NCBI GenBank assembly: GCA_041626995.1
Contig: JBFKSL010000001.1
Coordinates: 1-37,083, forward strand
Length of the DNA stretch: 37,083 nt
Source: Ketobacter sp.
GTDB lineage: Bacteria; Pseudomonadota; Gammaproteobacteria; Pseudomonadales; Ketobacteraceae
Direction of reading: 5' to 3'
The translations under genes were made by a program, and so were the position numbers. A model generated the notes under the pieces. It was not told where the DNA came from. It did not search any database and saw only the letters and a program-made list of their open reading frames with translations. Positions 32,956 to 37,083 of the stretch are shown here, in pieces; position 1 is the stretch's first letter, and each line of letters opens with the position of its first letter.

Positions 32956-34379
32956 GCAACAATGTAACCCAACAGCTAGAACAAACTGCATTTGGCGAAC
33001 TGCTAACAGCGGAACTAACACCTATTGTGCAAATATCAGCCCAGTACGGCATTGAGGAGGATTTAAATATAATTAATGCCAATGGTGGCAGTTATCAGTT
33101 ATCCAATTCATTATACGAAGTATCAAGTGGGACTAATGCAGTCGGTGTGTCGTCACTAAACACAAAAAAACAAGCGAACTACAAGCCAGGTCAAGGGTTG
33201 GTGGCTAGGTTCTCTGGCGTATTTGACACACCACAAGCCAGTAACCTACAGGCGGCTGGCTTTATAACCTCAGAGGACAGTTTTGCTTTTGGTTACCTAA
33301 ATACAACTTTCGGAATCATAACATCTCTGGGTGGTGCTGTTGAAGCTCAAGAATTAACCTTAACTGTTGCGGCAACAGGAGCAGAAAACGCAACTGTAAC
33401 AATAGATGGGACTGGTTACACGGTACCGCTAACATCCGGAACAAAAGCGCATAACTGCTGGGAAATAGCCAACAGCCTAACATCTCAAGTTGCCACCTAT
33501 TTATTTTCATCAAACGGCGACACTGTATATGCAATGAGTAAACTACCTGGCCCGCAAGGATCGTTTGCCTTTTCAAGTTCAACAGCAGTTGGTGCATGGG
33601 TACAGCAAGCGGCAGGGGTTAATCCAACACAAGCGGTTATCGAGCCCAGCAACTGGAGTCATGACAGCGCGGAATGGCTAGATCCATTAAAGGGCAACGT
33701 TTACGAGATTAAATTCTCATACCTTGGTTTTAGCGGTATTGAGTTCTACATCAAAGATCCCGAAACCAATGATAAAATACTGGTTCACGTTTACGAGTAC
33801 GGCAACACCAGCACAACACCAATTGTACGAAATCCAACATTTAGATGTGGCTGGGTTACCCAAAACTTTGGTAACACCACTAACGTAACAGTCAAGGGTG
33901 CTAGTGCGCTAATAGCCATAGAGGGCAAAAGCGTGTCGGACAATACGCCAAGAGGCATTGAGGGTTCTCTAACAGCGGTTGGTACAACACAGACTAATTT
34001 AATGACAGTTAGAAATCGCTTTCATTTTGGCGACATAATAAACCGAGCATCAATAATACCGTTATTGCTATCTTTCGGCACCGACTCAGCTAAGGGTGCG
34101 TTTGTACGAGTCACAGCAGGAGCAACTTTCGGTGGGGACTTAAATTTTAGCTACTTGGATAAGACAAACTCAATCATAGAGACTGCAACCGATGCAGTAA
34201 CAGTTTCAGGTGGCCGATTTATAGCGTCCTTTTTGGTCACATCGGCGGGGCTAGTTATATCAAGCGACAACTTTAGAACCCGAATAGAACCCGATGAGAT
34301 TATAACAATATCAGCCGCAGTAACTAAAACGCCATCAGCCGATGTATTCGGTTCAGCATCGTTACTGGAGGAGGTTTAA
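32952..34379 (+). CDS. Beta-rich virion structural protein
   Basis: 475 aa; TAFGEL.TAE.TP..Q, Y.PGQG...RF; within the tail module. Confidence 0.7.
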   Translation: MSNNVTQQLEQTAFGELLTAELTPIVQISAQYGIEEDLNIINANGGSYQLSNSLYEVSSGTNAVGVSSLNTKKQANYKPGQGLVARFSGVFDTPQASNLQAAGFITSEDSFAFGYLNTTFGIITSLGGAVEAQELTLTVAATGAENATVTIDGTGYTVPLTSGTKAHNCWEIANSLTSQVATYLFSSNGDTVYAMSKLPGPQGSFAFSSSTAVGAWVQQAAGVNPTQAVIEPSNWSHDSAEWLDPLKGNVYEIKFSYLGFSGIEFYIKDPETNDKILVHVYEYGNTSTTPIVRNPTFRCGWVTQNFGNTTNVTVKGASALIAIEGKSVSDNTPRGIEGSLTAVGTTQTNLMTVRNRFHFGDIINRASIIPLLLSFGTDSAKGAFVRVTAGATFGGDLNFSYLDKTNSIIETATDAVTVSGGRFIASFLVTSAGLVISSDNFRTRIEPDEIITISAAVTKTPSADVFGSASLLEEV

Positions 34380-34705
34380 TGCCTAGAGCGCAATCAAACC
34401 TAGCAATAGGCAGTATATCAACAACAGACATAACAAGCCTTTATACCGTTCCGTCAGGCTCAATTGTCACAGTGTATTTAACTCTATTCAATACAGCTGC
34501 GACTGACAGTGTTGTAAGTGTAATAGTTAACGATGAAACAACGGACAGGACTATAGAAACGCTAGAATTAACTTCAGGCGGTGGCGAACAAAAACTAGCC
34601 GCGTTATTGTCAACACAGAAGCTAACAGCAGGTTTTTCTGTTAAAATACAATCAAGCAATGCCAATACAATTAACTACTTTTTGTCTGGCTCAATAATTA
34701 CATAG
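34379..34705 (+). CDS. Small beta-sandwich virion protein
   Basis: LYTVPSG.......N motif; TAATG coupling. Confidence 0.7.
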   Translation: MPRAQSNLAIGSISTTDITSLYTVPSGSIVTVYLTLFNTAATDSVVSVIVNDETTDRTIETLELTSGGGEQKLAALLSTQKLTAGFSVKIQSSNANTINYFLSGSIIT

Positions 34706-34713
34706 GTGCAAGC

Positions 34714-35592
34714 ATGGGTTTTTCATTAAGCGACTTAGACTTTATTTCGCCAATTGTCGGAAAAGGCGGCATTATTGACGAGATCGGACGAGGAATAGAC
34801 AAGAAATTGCTAGGCGGCGATGCGGCAGATGCAGCAGAAGAGGCAGCGTCTTTACAAGCGATAGCAGGCGAAAAGGCTGCGGCTTTGTTTGATCCATTTG
34901 TGGGTCTTGGTGCGAGTGGCATAGAGCAGGCTGGATTCTTAACAGACCCCAACCAGCAGTTCCAATTCTTGCAATCCAACCCACTGTTCCAGTTGGGGCT
35001 AGATAACCTCAACCAGCAAACAGCAAGAAGCGCGGCAGCAAGTGGAAGAGTTGGCGCTACGGATACCAACCAGCAGCTTATTAACAACGCTCTATTGGCC
35101 GCAAGCCCACTAATACAGCAACAAAAAGCCTCAATAGGCGACTTACTTAATATCGGACTGGGAACCGCAGGAAGCCAAGGCAATCTATTGACTGGTATCG
35201 GTGCAGCCCAAGCGGGTGGCGTTGTTGGTGCGGCAAACGCAAGGCAACAAGGTGTTGGTAATCTATTAAACTTAGCTGGAACCATAGGCGCTATGGCATC
35301 GGCCCCAGGAGCAGGAGCGGCAGGAGCAGGAGCGGCAGGAGCGGGTGCCTCAAGTGGGTTGTTAGCATCAGATTTAAGGTTGAAAGAAAATATAGAGTTT
35401 ACCGGCACTGAGAACGGCCACAAAAAGTACAAATGGAAGTGGAATGGTCTAGCTGAAAAACTTGGATTATCCGGCACCTCAAGTGGTGTAATAGCTCAAG
35501 AGGTTGAGCAGATAAATCCTAATGCGGTTGTCATGAAGGATGGGTTTAAACATGTTAATTATGAATTGATAGGGGTATCAAATGGCAATTGA
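34714..35592 (+). CDS. DNA transfer protein (P22 gp7-like) with C-terminal peptidase S74 chaperone domain
   Basis: G/A/Q-rich body (NPLFQ, SAAASG..G, AQAGG.VG.ANA), then SDLRLKENI...GVIAQEVE...P.AV....G...VNY. Confidence 0.8.
   Translation: MGFSLSDLDFISPIVGKGGIIDEIGRGIDKKLLGGDAADAAEEAASLQAIAGEKAAALFDPFVGLGASGIEQAGFLTDPNQQFQFLQSNPLFQLGLDNLNQQTARSAAASGRVGATDTNQQLINNALLAASPLIQQQKASIGDLLNIGLGTAGSQGNLLTGIGAAQAGGVVGAANARQQGVGNLLNLAGTIGAMASAPGAGAAGAGAAGAGASSGLLASDLRLKENIEFTGTENGHKKYKWKWNGLAEKLGLSGTSSGVIAQEVEQINPNAVVMKDGFKHVNYELIGVSNGN
35306..35344 (+). repeat. Short coding tandem repeat
   Basis: CAGGAGCAGGAGCGG x2 plus CAGGAGCGG, encoding a GAGAA linker before the S74 domain. Confidence 0.8.
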
Positions 35593-36772
35593 TCCAAGAA
35601 TATCACTAGCGGTGCAGCAAGCCAATATTGCACCAGCTATAGACCTGTTCCAAAGAACGCTGCAACAGCAGCGAGCAAACAGCATTCAAGACCGGTTATT
35701 ACCTGGACAATTACAGTTGCAACAACAAGCTTTGGCACAAGGTAAACAAGCCATTGAGCAAGGTGAGTTATCCCTACAGGCATCCAGAATAAACATCGAT
35801 AATGAAGAGGATAAGCGTGACTTGCGTTCACTCGCTGAGTTCTCAACACTTAATAAGCCTCTATTTGAAGAAGCTGTAAAAGGTAATGTAGACCCCCTCA
35901 GAGCAGCCTTAGAAACAAGGGTTAGACAATTAGGGCCAGAACGGGCAACGCAAAGTGCGGAGGCTCTACGGGCCATTAATAGTAACGTTCCTTCACAAAT
36001 AAGTCTGGCATTGAGGGGCTTTCAGAACGCAGAGAATCTAGCTAAGCAAACCGGATTGCTTGGCAGAACCGAAACGCCAGCAGCCTTAAGGGAATTCCAA
36101 ACCACAGTTGAAACCGCTGGATTGACACCAGAAGAGAAACAACAGGCAGCTAGAATAAAACTAGGTTTACAACCAAGAGCAACGGGAAGTGCTTCACAAA
36201 CCATAGCGGCACAGGGAACTGCAGAAGAAGTTGCAGAAGTCGAAAAGACAATCAAAGGTGCAGGTGAAGAAGGAAGATTGACAGCAAAGCTTAAATTACA
36301 GCCAGAAATAGAATCCGCTGTAAAGGGTGCTGTAGCCCAAGCCGTACAGGCAGCAGATAAAGTAAAAGAAGAACGCAGCGACAGCAACGCATTCTCTGTT
36401 TACGAAGTTGGTATAAACGGCTTAAGGCAGGCGCTTGGTGACACATCAACAGGGCCATTTGTTGGAGCCTTACCCGCTATAACGTCTGAAGCAAGAACAG
36501 CAGACGGAGCGATTGCAGCTATGGCACCGATACTTAAGCAAATGTTTAGAAGTGCAGGTGAGGGCACGTTCACTGATAAAGACCAAGAGTTACTTGTTGC
36601 CATGATACCAACTAGAAAAGATAGCCCAGAGACTAGGCAGTCCAAACTTGCAAACATAGATGCAATTGTAAGGGCAAAGTTGAGGCAACCAGAGCAACAA
36701 GAGCCACGAGCCGAACAAGCACAGCCACAAACCGGAACGATTGGGCGCTTTACTTTTGAGGTGATTGATTAA
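35582..36772 (+). CDS. DNA transfer/ejection protein (P22 gp20-like position)
   Basis: MAIDPRISL N-terminus, Q/A-rich helices, G.GTFTDKD..LL..M.P motif; second ejection gene. Confidence 0.7.
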   Translation: MAIDPRISLAVQQANIAPAIDLFQRTLQQQRANSIQDRLLPGQLQLQQQALAQGKQAIEQGELSLQASRINIDNEEDKRDLRSLAEFSTLNKPLFEEAVKGNVDPLRAALETRVRQLGPERATQSAEALRAINSNVPSQISLALRGFQNAENLAKQTGLLGRTETPAALREFQTTVETAGLTPEEKQQAARIKLGLQPRATGSASQTIAAQGTAEEVAEVEKTIKGAGEEGRLTAKLKLQPEIESAVKGAVAQAVQAADKVKEERSDSNAFSVYEVGINGLRQALGDTSTGPFVGALPAITSEARTADGAIAAMAPILKQMFRSAGEGTFTDKDQELLVAMIPTRKDSPETRQSKLANIDAIVRAKLRQPEQQEPRAEQAQPQTGTIGRFTFEVID

Positions 36773-37083
36773 TGGCAACCTTTCAAGTCACAGACCCACA
36801 AACAGGCAAAACGGTAAGGTTAACTGGTGATTCTCCACCTACCGAGCAAGAGCTTATCGATATATTCTCACGAATTGGAGGCCAACAACCTACCCAACAG
36901 TCACAGCAAGATTTGATTGATTCTGACATACCCACCGAGGAGGCCTTGCAGGCAGAGCAACGGAGAGCTGAACAGTTTAGGGAGTCTCAACAGGAGGGCT
37001 TATTAACTCAAGCTAAAGGCGTAGGTGAGGCCGCTTTAACTTTCGGCACTGGCGCAACAACTGGGGCGCTTGGGCTATTAACA
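36772..37083 (+). CDS. 5' part of the gp16-like DNA transfer protein (continues into 1-1569)
   Basis: TAATG coupling, GAGGTG SD; MATFQVTDPQTGKTVRLTGDSPPTEQEL... open to the contig end. Confidence 0.85.
   Translation, partial: MATFQVTDPQTGKTVRLTGDSPPTEQELIDIFSRIGGQQPTQQSQQDLIDSDIPTEEALQAEQRRAEQFRESQQEGLLTQAKGVGEAALTFGTGATTGALGLLT
36943..37083. repeat. Terminal direct repeat, right copy
   Basis: Identical to 1-141. Confidence 0.97.

Noticed and set aside
34698-35477. 259-aa minus-strand ORF, and similar antisense ORFs such as 25906-26496, 29176-29538, 258-623 and 36022-36387
   Set aside because: They lie antisense to well-supported structural genes, have no motifs, and are explained by codon bias.

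Overview
The window is a complete, circularly assembled dsDNA tailed-phage genome of about 36,942 bp. Bases 1-141 are repeated exactly at 36943-37083, and one gene (ATG at 36772) runs across the join. The virion module is podovirus-like and P22-style: TerS, PBSX-type TerL, portal, scaffold, DUF5309-type capsid, adaptor, gp10-like stabiliser, three DNA-ejection proteins and a beta-helix tailspike. The early region is lambdoid: NinB/NinG, three small XRE-HTH genes, O-like initiator with iterons, DnaB, Sak/Rad52-like annealase, Gp157, SSB and two cytosine methyltransferases. There is an amidase/holin lysis block. I see no integrase, LexA-type CI repressor, polymerase, tRNA or CRISPR array. The host is probably a (marine) gammaproteobacterium (inference). 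The most unusual non-ORF signals are: (1) two complete and one half integron attC-like sites, all inverted relative to the genes, with one C5-methyltransferase looking like a captured cassette although the phage has no integrase; (2) that methyltransferase is a split enzyme whose motif IX sits in a nested +1-frame gene (M.EcoHK31I-like); (3) a promoter-driven cluster of three structured RNAs at 15.15-15.6 kb, the first with a C4/CI-like self-antisense design; (4) a hairpin whose loop is antisense to a phage RBS; (5) an A7 frameshift in a small gene coupled to the second methylase; (6) a predicted outer-membrane beta-barrel gene with a nested membrane-protein ORF. All protein calls come from motif recognition and synteny by eye, not database searches.
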